Source: Macrostomum lignano
Lineage: Eukaryota
Direction of reading: 5' to 3'
Assembly: GCA_002269645.1 (NCBI GenBank)
Contig: NIVC01000067.1
Location: 930,001 to 994,000 of the forward strand
DNA length: 64,000 nt
Shown here: piece after piece, positions 10,893 to 23,145 of the stretch
How the letters are laid out: the number at the start of each line of letters is the position of its first letter
Position numbering within the stretch: position 1 is the stretch's first letter
Translations under genes and position numbers: made by a program
The notes under the pieces: model-generated
Told to the model about the DNA's origin: nothing
Database searches by the model: none
What the model saw: only the letters and a program-made list of their open reading frames with translations

Positions 10893-11269
10893 GACGATCA
10901 GCCATGTCTGGCTCCAATCGGCAGGCGGCAAGCCAGGCGGAATCAAGGATCCCTGAGCAAAGCTATTTGAGTCTTCCCAAACTTCTCCTCCCATTTCCAG
11001 TCTCCTGGCGGTCAGTCTAGCGAGCCACAAGGGGGAGGGCAGCGCAAACAGAGCCTTCGATTTCAGCAGCGGAGGCAGCTCACCGGCTTGTTTGGCGTGT
11101 AGTTTTGCTAATTGAGACTTTGGCACGGCAGCTGCCCGCCCCCATTGCTGGATTAATTCTGTACCCCAGCTGGCTGCGCTCTCCCATGCGCACTGGGTTG
11201 CGAAGGGAACTTTGGAATGAAAATACACTGCTTTAACTGTTTTGGTTGTACCTTTGAGCGGAGATGGAG

Positions 11270-11500
11270 GTAGAGAGGAGATGAGGCGGAGAGTGGAGAT
11301 GAGGCGGAGAGCGGAGATGAGGCGGAGAGTGGAGATGAGGGGAGAGTGGAGATGAGGCGGAGAGTGGAGATGAGGCGGAGAGTGGAGATGAGGCGGAGAG
11401 TGGAGATGAGGGGGAGAGTGGAGATGAGGGGGAGAGTGGAGATGAGGGGGAGAGCGTAGATGTGGGGGAGAGCGGAGATATAGGGGGAGAGCGGAGAAGA
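11270..11500. repeat. 18-bp purine-rich minisatellite GAGATGAGGCGGAGAGTG
   Basis: About 11 tandem units. Confidence 0.9.
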
Positions 11501-12310
11501 AGGACAATAGCGGAGATGGAAGGGAGAGAAGAGAGTCCAGATTTGCTGGCTAATGTGAAGCAGAGGCAGCCAGAAATGTCGGCCAGGAAAGCGAAGTTCT
11601 AGAAAAATCATTCGACACCTCTGTCTCTCTCTCTCACCTTCCAGGGGTTCAGCCGCCATCGAGGTCAGCTATCGGCAGTGCCGGAGATTGTTCAGCAGTT
11701 CAGGAACTGGGCGGTCTCAGTTTTGCAGTCCTGCAGCGTTCGATACGGAAGCCTCCGAGGTCACGGCTGCCGCAGCCGCCGCCATCGCCGCAGCCGCCAC
11801 AGCTCGCAACACCGTGGAATCGAGTTCTCGCATTGGAATCAGCCTCGGCAGCTCGCGAACGGCATCGCAGCTTCTGGGTATTTCTCCGCTCCCGCTCCCA
11901 CCGTCATTCATCAGGCCAATTTTGCTGCTTCAGGGAAAAAAGCAGAAATTCCCAGGCCTGGGCAAACTGCAGGCCAATTGCTGGTTGCTGACCTTTGCGC
12001 TGAAGCAGCGATTCCAGACCCGCTCCCCGAATTCCCATTTGGGGAACAAGCGGACTTCTGTTCCCTGGGAATTCCCCGCATCCACTATGCGTCGCTCTGA
12101 TCTTCATAAAATTTGTCTAGGTAGCGATTTTCGAATGTATGGCTACAGGTCTCTTGCAGGGGTGCCAGCCATTTTATTTCATGGGGCGCCAAATCTACAG
12201 CAAGGGATTAGATGGAGCCTGAGTTTTAGGCCACCGCTGTACGTACGCTGATGAACATGTTATTAATTTTTTATCACCCCTGGCTCCGTGAGCCCAGGGC
12301 CGACGCTATG

Positions 12311-12320
12311 ATAGACAGGC

Positions 12321-12357
<37 letters not shown>

Positions 12358-12376
12358 GGCAGACAGACAGACAGAC

Positions 12377-12407
<31 letters not shown>

Positions 12408-12410
12408 GGC

Positions 12411-12459
<49 letters not shown>

Positions 12460-12520
12460 TACAGGCAGACAGACAGACAGACAGGCAGGCAGGCAGACAG
12501 ACACACAGACAGACAGACAG
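12311..12520. repeat. (CAGA)n microsatellite
   Basis: Direct observation. Confidence 0.95.
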
Positions 12521-12904
12521 GCTATCCTATTCTAATTGGCTGAGCTTACCGCTCTGGAAAATCCCCATTCGAAAGAAGGTTAGTCAGTGTCGAGTGGTTA
12601 AAAATCTCCTAAAGGGTTAAGCATCGAAGTTTCAAATCTTCCAAATAGCTGAATGGCCTGTTTTTGTAAGAAATCTTGTTAGCGATCCCTCAGGGACACT
12701 GGGAAGAGGGGGTGGAGCCCTGGGAGGCGGAAGAGGCCGACCCCCCGCTGAGGCGGAGGCTGACTGACGGGAGCGACTGATTTCTGGGCTGAAGATACCA
12801 AACTGACTGCTAATCTGTTGGCGAAAAAATCAGTTTGCTAATAGGCTCCTATCCGAAGATGGCAGCTACACGCTACACTCGTGATATTGAAAATGAATAT
12901 CTCC

Positions 12905-13075
12905 GCCATAGCCATAGCCATAGGCATCCTTAGCCATAGCCATATACATAGCCATAGCCATACCCATAGACATAGCCATACCCATATACATAGCCATAGC
13001 CATATTCATAGGCATCCATAGCCATAGACATAGTCATAGCCATAACCATACCCAAAGCCATACCCATAGCCATAC
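12905..13075. repeat. (GCCATA)n hexamer repeat
   Basis: Degenerate GCCATA/CCCATA/GACATA run. Confidence 0.9.
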
Positions 13076-13974
13076 CAGAGGCTATGGCATCCATGGCTAC
13101 AGACAGGGCTCAGACCAAAATCCAATTCAATCTGTCCAACCAGAGAGTTAGCACTCTCTGCCAAACCCAAAGTCCGGATCAAAGTCCGGAAATATAGCCA
13201 CCCTGCCAAACCCTGCGCCAAGGAAGGCACCAACTACTAGCGAGTCAGCCGGGAATCAGATGACTAATTCAATAGGCAAGGCGTAGAAGTTAATGATTTT
13301 TCTCTCGCCCGCCATCCGCGAACCCCAGCGCTAATTTAAGAAGCAATATACTTAAACTCCAATTGGCGTGACTAGGAATTGATGCGGTGCCAAAGCACCC
13401 GCTGGTAGTAAATCGGTAGTTTGGGAGAGCAAATTAAGGCATTGCAGCTCCCCATTGGAATCGCCATCATTGCCAATGCCAGGTCTGCGGCCGGTTTCAC
13501 TGAGGACCCCCCGCCGGGCGTGTGAATTTGCCTATACCGTTAAGAGATGAGGCCGGAGCAGCTTGAGACATTGTGGGGAGGGGGTGGAGGACGGCGGAGT
13601 CTTGATGGAATGAAAATAGAGAGCGGAGCGGCAACAGGCACCGCGACTCTCTTTCCCTCGTTGCTTCAACTCTGCAGAGCAGCTCCTCTGTTATGCAGTA
13701 GTGGCGTATTTTTAGATTGCCAAAAACCCCCGAGACTCTTCAAGTTCTCCATCCGACAGTTTAACGGCCAAATGCTGAAATTTTGTAAGCGACAGAAAGA
13801 CAATAGGGAAATGAAGAGTTAGCGAGAGTGAGGGAGACAGTGGCAGTTCTGGACAGAAATCCTGCGACTGTGGCTGTATAGCACAGGTTGGCTGTGTCAG
13901 TTAAAATCAATTTGTGACTGCTGTCTTTGCAATCCGCTGCATTGACGTGCATAGGATGTGATGATCGGCAGGCT

Positions 13975-14332
13975 TTTTGTGTGAACTGCTGGCTCTGGGT
14001 GTGATCTGCTGGCTCTGGGTGTGATCTGCTGGCTCTGTGTGTGAACTGCTGGCTCTGGGTGTGATCTGCTGGCTCTGTGTGTGAACTGCTAGCTCTAGGT
14101 GTGATCTGCTGGCTCTGTGTGTGATCTGCTGGCTCTGGGTGTGATCTGCTGGCTCTGTGTGTGAACTGCTGGCTCTGGGTGTGATCTGCTGGCTCTGTGT
14201 GTGAACTGCTAGCTCTAGGTGTGATCTGCTGGCTCTGTGTGAACTGCTGGCTCTGTGTGTGATCTGCTGGCTCTGGGTGCGATCTGCTGGCTCTGGGTGT
14301 GATCTGCTGGCTGTGTGATCTGCTGGCTCTGG
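13975..14332. repeat. 20-bp minisatellite GTGTGATCTGCTGGCTCTGG
   Basis: About 18 tandem units. Confidence 0.95.
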
Positions 14333-14991
14333 GATCTCATTGCATGTATGGCAGTTATAATTAATTATTATAGCAGTATCACAGTGTATTAAAACTGCAA
14401 ATTTGAATACAAAATGTCCTTCCCAAGTGCAATCTTAGCATGATGGACAGCGGGCACCGAACTGATCTATAATCGCTGCCCATTCAGAATTTACTGTCTG
14501 TATACTCAGAGGAGGAAGGGTGCGAAAAAGAAAAGCCAAGCAAAGCCCGCTGCCGCCTATCACACCCACCCTGGCAACAGCCGAGTCAAGTAAACAGTGA
14601 ACACTTCTTTCTTCAGCCCGGAAATCCTGTGGCGCTGAAAGACCTTCTTCTTCTTCTTCCGCCTGGCAAGAGTCACGGCCACGCCCAAGGCCGAAAGTGT
14701 TGAAGGGGGAACGCCGTGGATTAGGCAGATCTGCAGATTCCCATAGACAAGAAGGGAAGCAGCCACCGCTGCTGAAGCTGAATGGACAGCCGCGCGGCCC
14801 GTTGTGTTTTATCTATCAAGATTATGACATATGTCTGGCGCTATGCTGCATGGCGTCTGATGCGTGATGGACCCCGCGGGCATGGCTGGGCCAGTGGAGG
14901 GGGGCGGCTCGCCATGTAAAAACATCGTGTTTGTCGCAAATTGCCAATGATTGCTAATCCATTATTACAGCTTGGCCCTGAACTCTAACAA

Positions 14992-15310
14992 TAAACTACC
15001 GATCACGATCTATGACCTGCATCATTAACTAATCCATGACCTATATCATAAACTACCGATCACGATCTATGACCTGCATCATTAACTAATCAATGACCTA
15101 TATCATAAACTACCGATCACAATCCATGACCTGCATCATGAACTAATCCATGACCTATATCATAAACTACCGATCACGATCCATGACCTGCATCATGAAC
15201 TAATCCATGACCTATATCATAAACTACCGATCACGATCTATGACCTGCATCATGAACTAATCCATGACCTATATCATTATCCAAGACCTTCATCATAAAC
15301 TACCGATGAC
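14992..15310. repeat. 57-bp minisatellite starting TAAACTACCGATCACGATC
   Basis: Unit starts at 14992, 15049 and onward; about 5.5 copies. Confidence 0.9.
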
Positions 15311-16375
15311 TCATGACCTAGATCATGAACAACTGATTATGACTTGCACTGCAGCACCAACTAACAATGAAAATGTACATACAGCATCCCTATAAACTAA
15401 GCATTGCTACGAGCTAATTTGCACAAATCCTTAAAATGTATCAATGAAAGCGTATAAATCAGTACCCTTAACTTTCTTACCACAACCTATGCGGCAGGAC
15501 AGATTCGCGGTGCAGGCTATGCATACTGACTAGCCAAATGTTTATCTAAGCATCCTTTGAAAGCATAAAGAATGCATCTACGAAGAAGGATAGTTAATTA
15601 AACACAACAAAATCAGTTATTCAATCCAGCCAGCACAAGTCTGCCCACTTCAATATCATTTTTCCTCAAGATCTATATTTCAGCTACCCATCACCTACTA
15701 GCACAGAAAAGTGCGCCTGGCATAGAATAGATAGATAGAAGTGAATAATTAAACTTCTGTCGAGGTATAAGTATATAAAATACTATACTAACTACTTATA
15801 GTACTTGCCGTCAGTAGTACTGGAACATTTGTGACGCTAAACTGCCAAATTTGCTCAATAGGGTAGGCTTTTAGTTCAGTTTTAGCTCAGAAATATTACA
15901 ATAAAAAAGCAACCAAAAAGGCCAGGATTTTACTTGCTTGCTTAAAGTTAAGTAAAATCATGCTAAAGCATGGACAACTTAAACCATGTATGATTACAAT
16001 ATATTCCCATATTAAATGTAGACAAGCAGCAATTCAAAAGACACGAAAAGCAATCAAGTCAAGGTACGCACTAAAAGTTGATTTTTCAATAATTTGACAA
16101 TGAAAAAAACGAAAACTGACAACGCTTAATGCAAGCCAGCGTAATTAATGAATGATAAAGGTAAGAAAAAATGGTTAACAGCTGCAAGACACTGAGTAGT
16201 GTGAACAGTAAACTCCAGGAAGACCCAACATCACGGCAAAAATGGAGAGTAAAATGAGTTTCAGGTGGACTACAGGTAAAAACTAGATTCTAGGTGCAGC
16301 TTACAGTCAGTTTACAGGCTATTAGGCTGAGATTAGTAGATTTAAATGAACAGTTTAAGATCATATCGGAGTGGT

Positions 16376-17275
16376 TTTAGGGCGATTCTCACTGCGGTTT
16401 CAGGGCGATTCTCACTGCGCTTTCAGGGCGATTCTTACTGCGGTTCCAGGGCGATTCTCACTACGGTTCCAGGGCGATTCTCACTACGGTTCCAGGGCGA
16501 TTCTCACTACGGTTCCAGGGCGATTCTCACTGCGGTTTCAGGGCGATTCTCACTGCGGGTTCAGGGCGATTCTCACTGCGGTTTCAGGGCGATTCTCACT
16601 ACGGTTCCAGGGCGATTCTCACTACGGTTCCAGGGCGATTCTCACTGCGGTTCCAGGGCGATTCTCACTGCGGTTTCAGGGCGATTCTCACTACGGTTCC
16701 AAAGCGATTCTCACTGCGGTTTCAGGGCGATTCTCAATGCAGTTTAAGGGCGATTCTCACTGCGGTTTCAGGGCGATTCTCACTGCGGTTCCAGGGCGAT
16801 TCTCACTGCGGTTCCAGGGCGATTCTCACTGCGGTTTCAGGGCGATTCTCACTGCGGTTTCAGGGCGATTCTCACTGCGGTTCCAGGGCGATTCTCACTG
16901 CGCTTTCAGGGCGATTCTCACTGCGCTTTCAGGGCGATTCTCACTGCGCTTTCAGGGCGATTCTCACTGCGCTTTCAGGGCGATTCTCACTGCGGTTCCA
17001 GGGCGATTCTCACTGCGCTTTCAGGGCGATTCTCACTGCGGTTTCAGGGCGATTCTCACTGCGGTTCCAGGGCGATTCTCACTGCGCTTTCAGGGCGATT
17101 CTCACTGCGCTTTCAGGGCGATTCTCGCAGCGGTTTCAGGGCGATTCTCACTGCGGTTCCAGGGCGATTCTCACTGCGCTTTCAGGGCGATTCTCACTGC
17201 GCTTTCAGGGCGATTCTCACTGCGCTTTCAGGGCGATTCTCGCAGCGGTTTCAGGGCGATTCTCACTGCGGTTAT
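16376..17275. repeat. 23-bp minisatellite AGGGCGATTCTCACTGCGGTTTC
   Basis: About 39 tandem units; source of the 313-aa repetitive ORF. Confidence 0.95.
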
Positions 17276-17815
17276 AAGGCGAATCTCAAAGCATATGGAC
17301 AGTCTAACTTAGCTTGACAATCTAACAGTCAAGCTTAAATCACTAAATACGAGTACAAATGCTATGTATTATAGTAGTCTAACATAAACAAAGTATTGGT
17401 GCAGGTAAGCTAAATACCTAAATAAATACGTCAAAAGGATTTTCTATAAAATTAAAATTTATCAGCTACACTCACTACGCGTAAAGCAGGGAAAAACACA
17501 AAAAATATTGAAGACACGCAGAGCAATGAGTTGAGCAAGACAAGCGCAGATGGAACTGGCTGAGGAATCTATGCGCAAACAGGCGGATTCGAAGCGACCC
17601 AAGTCTGACATAATCGTGATCGGGAATGCAGAATATCTCACTATCTAATGGATTAGACGCAGATCTAAAAATTTAATTTCGGTTTTGGAATGCAGTCTAA
17701 AAAATAGAAGGTCGACTGCTGCACACAGGCCTCGGTGTACCTAAAACTGAGATTTACAACTCCAAGACAGTAAGAAAAATCTATTGAAGCAAAAAACTAT
17801 ATATAGTTAAATTTT

Positions 17816-18376
17816 TCAGACGTCGGAAGTGGCATCGGAAGCAGCGCGAACACCGGAAGACCCACCGGAAGCTCTGGAAGCGGGACCGGAACTCGCGTCG
17901 GAAGCAGCACCGGAAACTCCAGAAGCGGCCCCGGAAGCAGCACCGGAAGCTCCAGAAGCGGCCCCGGAAGCAGCACCGAAAGCTCCAGAAGCGGCCCCGG
18001 AAGCAGCACCGGAAGCTCCAGAAGCGGCCCCGGAAGCAGCACCGGAAGCTCCAGAAGCGGCCCCGGAAGCAGCACCGGCTCCCTGGGCCAGACGATTCCG
18101 CACAATAGCCAAATGATTGCGAATATAATCCTCGTTAGGGCCAAGCTGGACAGCCCTGGCCAGGCACTGCTCCGCCTCGCGCAGCCGGCCGGACTCCACC
18201 ATGGTGACGCAGAGGTTGTGCAGCGCCTGTGGGCTGGTCGGATCCAGCTGGTGAGCCTTATAAAAATAAGCGGCCGCGCCGGATACGTCTTTGAGATGGT
18301 TCAGGTGAATGTCGCCTAGAAGCAGGTGGCCCTTCATGTGGTCCGGATGGTGGCGCAGCAGCGTCTCGGCCGTCTC
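17816..18376 (-). CDS. TMTC3: TMTC3 exon 5 (last): TPRs plus Gly/Ala/Ser repeat tail
   Basis: Acceptor gctcag|GAG at 18376. LLRHHPDHMKGHLLLGDI..ALHNLCV..EDYIRNHLAIVR matches the TMTC3 C-terminal TPRs; stop at 17816. Confidence 0.92.
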   Translation of the reverse strand, partial: ETAETLLRHHPDHMKGHLLLGDIHLNHLKDVSGAAAYFYKAHQLDPTSPQALHNLCVTMVESGRLREAEQCLARAVQLGPNEDYIRNHLAIVRNRLAQGAGAASGAASGASGAASGAASGASGAASGAASGAFGAASGAASGASGAASGAASGVSGAASDASSGPASRASGGSSGVRAASDATSDV

Positions 18377-18444
18377 CTGAGCAATGGCAGAGTATTGGTA
18401 GCTCTGTGCTGGCTTAATAAGTACATTATAAGTACAAAAAGCCC

Positions 18445-18795
18445 GAAATATCATAAACCCGAAATATCACTAACCTGAAATATCATAAACCCGAAATATC
18501 ACTAACCCGAAATATCACTAACCCGAAATATCACTAACCCGAAATATCACAAAACCGAAATATCACTAACCCGAAATATCACTAACCCGAAATATCACTA
18601 ACCCGAAATATCACTAACCCGAAATATCACTAACCCGAAATATCACTAACCCGAAATATCACTAACCCGAAATATCATAAACCCGAAATATCATAAACCC
18701 GAAATATCACTAACCCGAAATATCACTAACCGGAAATATCATAAACCCGAAATATCACTAATTCGAAATATCATAAACCCGAAATATCATAACTC
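18445..18795. repeat. 16-bp minisatellite AACCCGAAATATCACT (TMTC3 intron 4)
   Basis: About 21 tandem units. Confidence 0.95.
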
Positions 18796-18984
18796 TGAAA
18801 GTTCTAGCAATGTCCAACACTATTTTGGTTTTCGGAGTAATGATATATCGGGTTTATGATGTGCCCTGCTAGTAATTTCGGAGTTGTGATTTTTCGGGTT
18901 TGTGATGCCCCCATGATGTTAGAATGCACTATACACCAAGTATGTTGCCCACTTGAAAGTTTTGAGGAGTTTTCCTGTCAGCAT

Positions 18985-21900
18985 TTTGGTAGCGAGTGTT
19001 TGGTAGCGAGTGTTTGGTAGCGAGTGTTTGGTAGTGTTTGATAGCGAGTGTTTGGTAGCGAGTGTTTGATAGTGTTTGATAGCGAGTGTTTGGTAGCGAG
19101 TGTTTGATAGTGTTTGATAGCGAGTGTTTGATAGCGAGTGTTTGATAGCGAGTGTTTGGTAGCTAGTGTTTGATAGAGAGTGTTTTGTAGCTAGTGTTTG
19201 ATAGCGAGTGTTTGATAGAGTGTTTGGTAGAGAGTGTTTGGTAGCGAGAGTTTGATAGCGAGAGTTTGATAGCGAGTGTTTGATAGCGAGTGTTTGATAG
19301 TGTTTGATAGCGAGTGTTTGGTAGCGAGTGTTTGATAGCGAGTGTTTGATAGCGAGTGTTTGATAGCGAGTGTTTGATAGCGAGTGTTTGATAGCGAGTG
19401 TTTGGTAGCGAGTGTTTGATAGCGAGTGTTTGGTAGCGAGTGTTTGATAGAGTGTTTGATAGCGAGTGTTTGGTAGCGAGTGTTTGACAGAGAGTGTTTG
19501 ATAGCGAGTGTTTGGTAGCGAGTTTTTGACAGAGAGTGTTTGATAGCGAGTGTTTGGTAGCGAGTGTTTGATAGAGTGTTTGATAGCGAGTGTTTGATAG
19601 AGTGTTTGATAGCGAGTGTTTGATAGCGAGTGTTTGATAGCGAGTGTTTGATAGCGAGTGTTTGATAGCGAGTGTTTGGTAGAGTGTTTGGTAGAGAGTG
19701 TTTGGTAGCGAGAGTTTGATAGCGAGTGTTTGATAGCGAGTGTTTGATAGAGTGTTTGATAGCGAGTGTTTGATAGCGAGTGTTTGATAGAGTGTTTGGT
19801 AGAGAGTGTTTGGTAGCGAGAGTTTGATAGCGAGAGTTTGATAGCGAGTGTTTGATAGCGAGTGTTTGATAGCGAGTGTTTGATAGCGAGTGTTTGATAG
19901 AGTGTTTGGTAGCTAGTGTTTGATAGCGAGTGTTTGATAGAGTGTTTGATAGCGAGTGTTTGGTAGCGAGTGTTTGATAGCGAGTGTTTGATAGCGAGTG
20001 TTTGATAGTGAGTGTTTGATAGCGAGTGTTTGATAGCGAGGGTTTGGTAGCGAGTGTTTGATAGAGTGTTTGATAGCGAGTGTTTGGTAGCGAGTGTTTG
20101 ACAGAGAGTGTTTGATAGCGAGTGTTTGGTAGCGAGTTTTTGACAGAGAGTGTTTGATAGCGAGTGTTTGGTAGCGAGTGTTTGACAGAGAGTGTTTGAT
20201 AGCGAGTGTTTGGTAGCGAGTTTTTGACAGAGAGTGTTTGATAGCGAGTGTTTGATAGAGTGTTTGGTAGCGAGTGTTTGATAGAGTGTTTGATAGAGTG
20301 TTTGATAGCGAGTGTTTGATAGCGAGTGTTTGTTAGCGAGTGTTTGATAGAGTGGTTGATAGCGAGTGTTTGGTAGCGAGTGTTTGATAGCGAGTGTTTG
20401 ATAGCGAGTGTTTGGTAGCGAGTGTTTGATAGCGAGTGTTTGATAGCGAGTGTTTGATAGCGAGTGTTTGGTAGCTAGTGTTTGATAGCGAGTGTTTGAT
20501 AGAGTGTTTGATAGCGAGTGTTTGGTAGCTAGTGTTTGATAGCGAGTGTTTTATAGCGAGTGTTTGATAGCGAGTGTTTGGTAGCGAGTGTTTGACAGAG
20601 AGTGTTTGATAGCGAGTGTTTGGTAGCGAGTGTTTGATAGCGAGTGTTTGATAGCGAGTGTTTGGTAGCGAGTGTTTGACAGAGAGTGTTTGATAGCGAG
20701 TGTTTGGTAGCGAGTTTTTGACAGAGAGTGTTTGATAGCGAGTGTTTGGTAGCGAGTGTTTGATAGAGTGTTTGATAGCGAGTGTTTGATAGAGTGTTTG
20801 ATAGCGAGTGTTTGATAGCGAGTGTTTGATAGCGAGTGTTTGATAGCGAGTGTTTGATAGCGAGTGTTTGATAGCGAGTGTTTGGTAGAGTGTTTGGTAG
20901 AGAGTGTTTGGTAGCGAGAGTTTGATAGCGAGTGTTTGATAGCGAGTGTTTGATAGCGAGTGTTTGATAGCGAGTGTTTGATAGCGAGTGTTTGATAGAG
21001 TGTTTGGTAGCTAGTGTTTGATAGCGAGTGTTTGATAGAGTGTTTGATAGCGAGTGTTTGGTAGCGAGTGTTTGATAGCGAGTGTTTGATAGCGAGTGTT
21101 TGATAGCGAGTGTTTGATAGCGAGTGTTTGATAGCGAGTGTTTGATAGCGAGGGTTTGGTAGCGAGTGTTTGATAGAGTGTTTGATAGCGAGTGTTTGGT
21201 AGCGAGTGTTTGACAGAGAGTGTTTGATAGCGAGTGTTTGGTAGCGAGTTTTTGACAGAGAGTGTTTGATAGCGAGTGTTTGGTAGCGAGTGTTTGACAG
21301 AGAGTGTTTGATAGCGAGTGTTTGGTAGCGAGTTTTTGACAGAGAGTGTTTGATAGCGAGTGTTTGATAGAGTGTTTGGTAGCGAGTGTTTGATAGAGTG
21401 TTTGATAGAGTGTTTGATAGCGAGTGTTTGATAGCGAGTGTTTGATAGCGAGTGTTTGATAGCGAGTGTTTGATAGCGAGTGTTTGATAGCGAGTGTTTG
21501 ATAGCGAGTGTTTGGTAGCGAGTGTTTGATAGCGAGTGTTTGATAGCGAGTGTTTGATAGCGAGTGTTTGATAGCGAGTGTTTGATAGCGAGTGTTTGGT
21601 AGCTAGTGTTTGATAGCGAGTGTTTGATAGAGTGTTTGGTAGCGAGTGTTTGATAGCGAGTGTTTTATAGCGAGTGTTTGATAGCGAGTGTTTGATAGAG
21701 TGTTTGGTAGCGAGTGTTTGATAGAGTGTTTGATAGAGTGTTTGATAGCGAGTGTTTGGTAGCGAGTGTTTGATAGCGAGTGTTTGATAGCGAGTGTTTG
21801 ATAGCGAGTGTTTGATAGCGAGTGTTTGGTAGCGAGTGTTTGATAGCGAGTGTTTGGTAGCGAGTGTTTGATAGAGTGTTTGATAGCGAGTGTTTGATAG

Positions 21901-22480
21901 CGAGTATTTGATAGAGTGTTTGATAGCGAGTGTTTGGTAGCGAGTGTTTGATAGCGAGTGTTTGATAGCGAGTGTTTGGTAGCGAGTGTTTGATAGCGAG
22001 TGTTTGATAGCGAGTGTTTGGTAGCGAGTGTTTGATAGAGAGTTTTTGGTAGCGAGTGTTTGACAGCGAGTGTTTGATAGCGAGTGTTTGGTAGCGAGTG
22101 TTTGATGGCGAGTGTTTGGTAGAGAGTGTTTGGTAGCGAGTGTTTGGTAGCGAGTGTTTGGTAGCGAGTGTTTGGTAGAGAGTGTTTGGTAGCGAGTGTT
22201 TGATAGTGTTTGGTAGCGAGTGATTGGTAGCAAGTGTTTGGTAGCGAGTGATTGATAGAGTGTTTGGTAGCGAGTGTTTGATAGAGTGTTTGGTAGCGAG
22301 TGATTGGTAGCGAGTGTTTGGTAGCGAGTGTTTGGTAGCGAGTGTTTGGTAGCGAGTGATTGGTAGCGAGTGTTTGATAGCGAGTGTTTGATAGCGAGTG
22401 TTTGGTAGCGAGTGTTTGGTAGCGAGTGTTTGGTAGCGAGTGTTTGATAGAGAGTGTTTGGTAGCGAGTGTTTGATAGAG
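18985..22480. repeat. About 3.5-kb satellite of the 14-bp unit TAGCGAGTGTTTG(G/A) (TMTC3 intron 4)
   Basis: Continuous array with 12-bp and 16-bp variants; source of the IKHSLSNTRYQTL pseudo-ORFs. Confidence 0.97.
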
Positions 22481-22584
22481 AGTTTATGAGCCGGTTATTT
22501 CTTTGAAAACATAGGAGTGGTGCTTGACACAAAAATCGAACTCAGATTTGAATGCAATGAATTTTACAGAAGCACTAGTATTAC

Positions 22585-23125
22585 CTTAGCCATAAGCGGC
22601 CTGCCCATCTCATTGTGATACATCAGAGCCAAATTGAACAGGGCGCCCCGCATTGCCGGGTCCCGATGCAGTGCCCGCCTATAGTAGAGCTCGGCGGAGC
22701 GCAGATCTCGCATGTCCGTGTAAATCATGGCCAAGCTGAACAGCGGGCCTGCATTGTCCGGCTCCAGCTCGGCCAGTTGCTCCAGCATCTGCTTTGCCGT
22801 CTGCCGGTCCGCCCCGCCGGCCGGACTGTCCTGCAGCACCGAGGCCGCGTTGTGCAAAGCCAGCCGATGCCGCGGCTCCGACTGCAGGGCCCGACGAAAC
22901 CAAAACAGGGCTTCGCGTTTCCGGTTGGCTCGCAATTCCAGCACGCCAATGTTGAACAGGATGTCAGCGTGGTCCGGCCGGTGCTGCAGTGCCAGGTCGT
23001 AGTGCCGGCGGGCCTCCTCGGTGCGGTTCATCCGGATCAGCAGGTCCGCCCGGTTCTGGTGCGCGTCGATAAAGTCCGGCCGCATGTTGATGGCGGTGAG
23101 CAGCAGCTGGTCCGCCTCCGCGTAG
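22585..23125 (-). CDS. TMTC3: TMTC3 exon 4 (TPR repeats)
   Basis: Acceptor ctgcag|C at 23125 and donor AAG|gtaata at 22585. YAEADQLLLTAINMRPDF..ALFNLALMY aligns with human EEADQLYRQAISMRPDF..ALFNLALLY (from memory). Confidence 0.93.
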
Positions 23126-23145
23126 CTGCAGGGTATGAGGTGCGT

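Noticed and set aside
10143-12535. Long SVCL/TDRQ ORFs and the 11.7-12.2 kb ORFs
   Set aside because: They are driven by (CAGA)n and 18-bp repeats or by GC-rich stop-poor DNA, with no family motifs.
17829-18116. Plus-strand (EAAP)n ORF
   Set aside because: It is the antisense of the TMTC3 terminal repeat.
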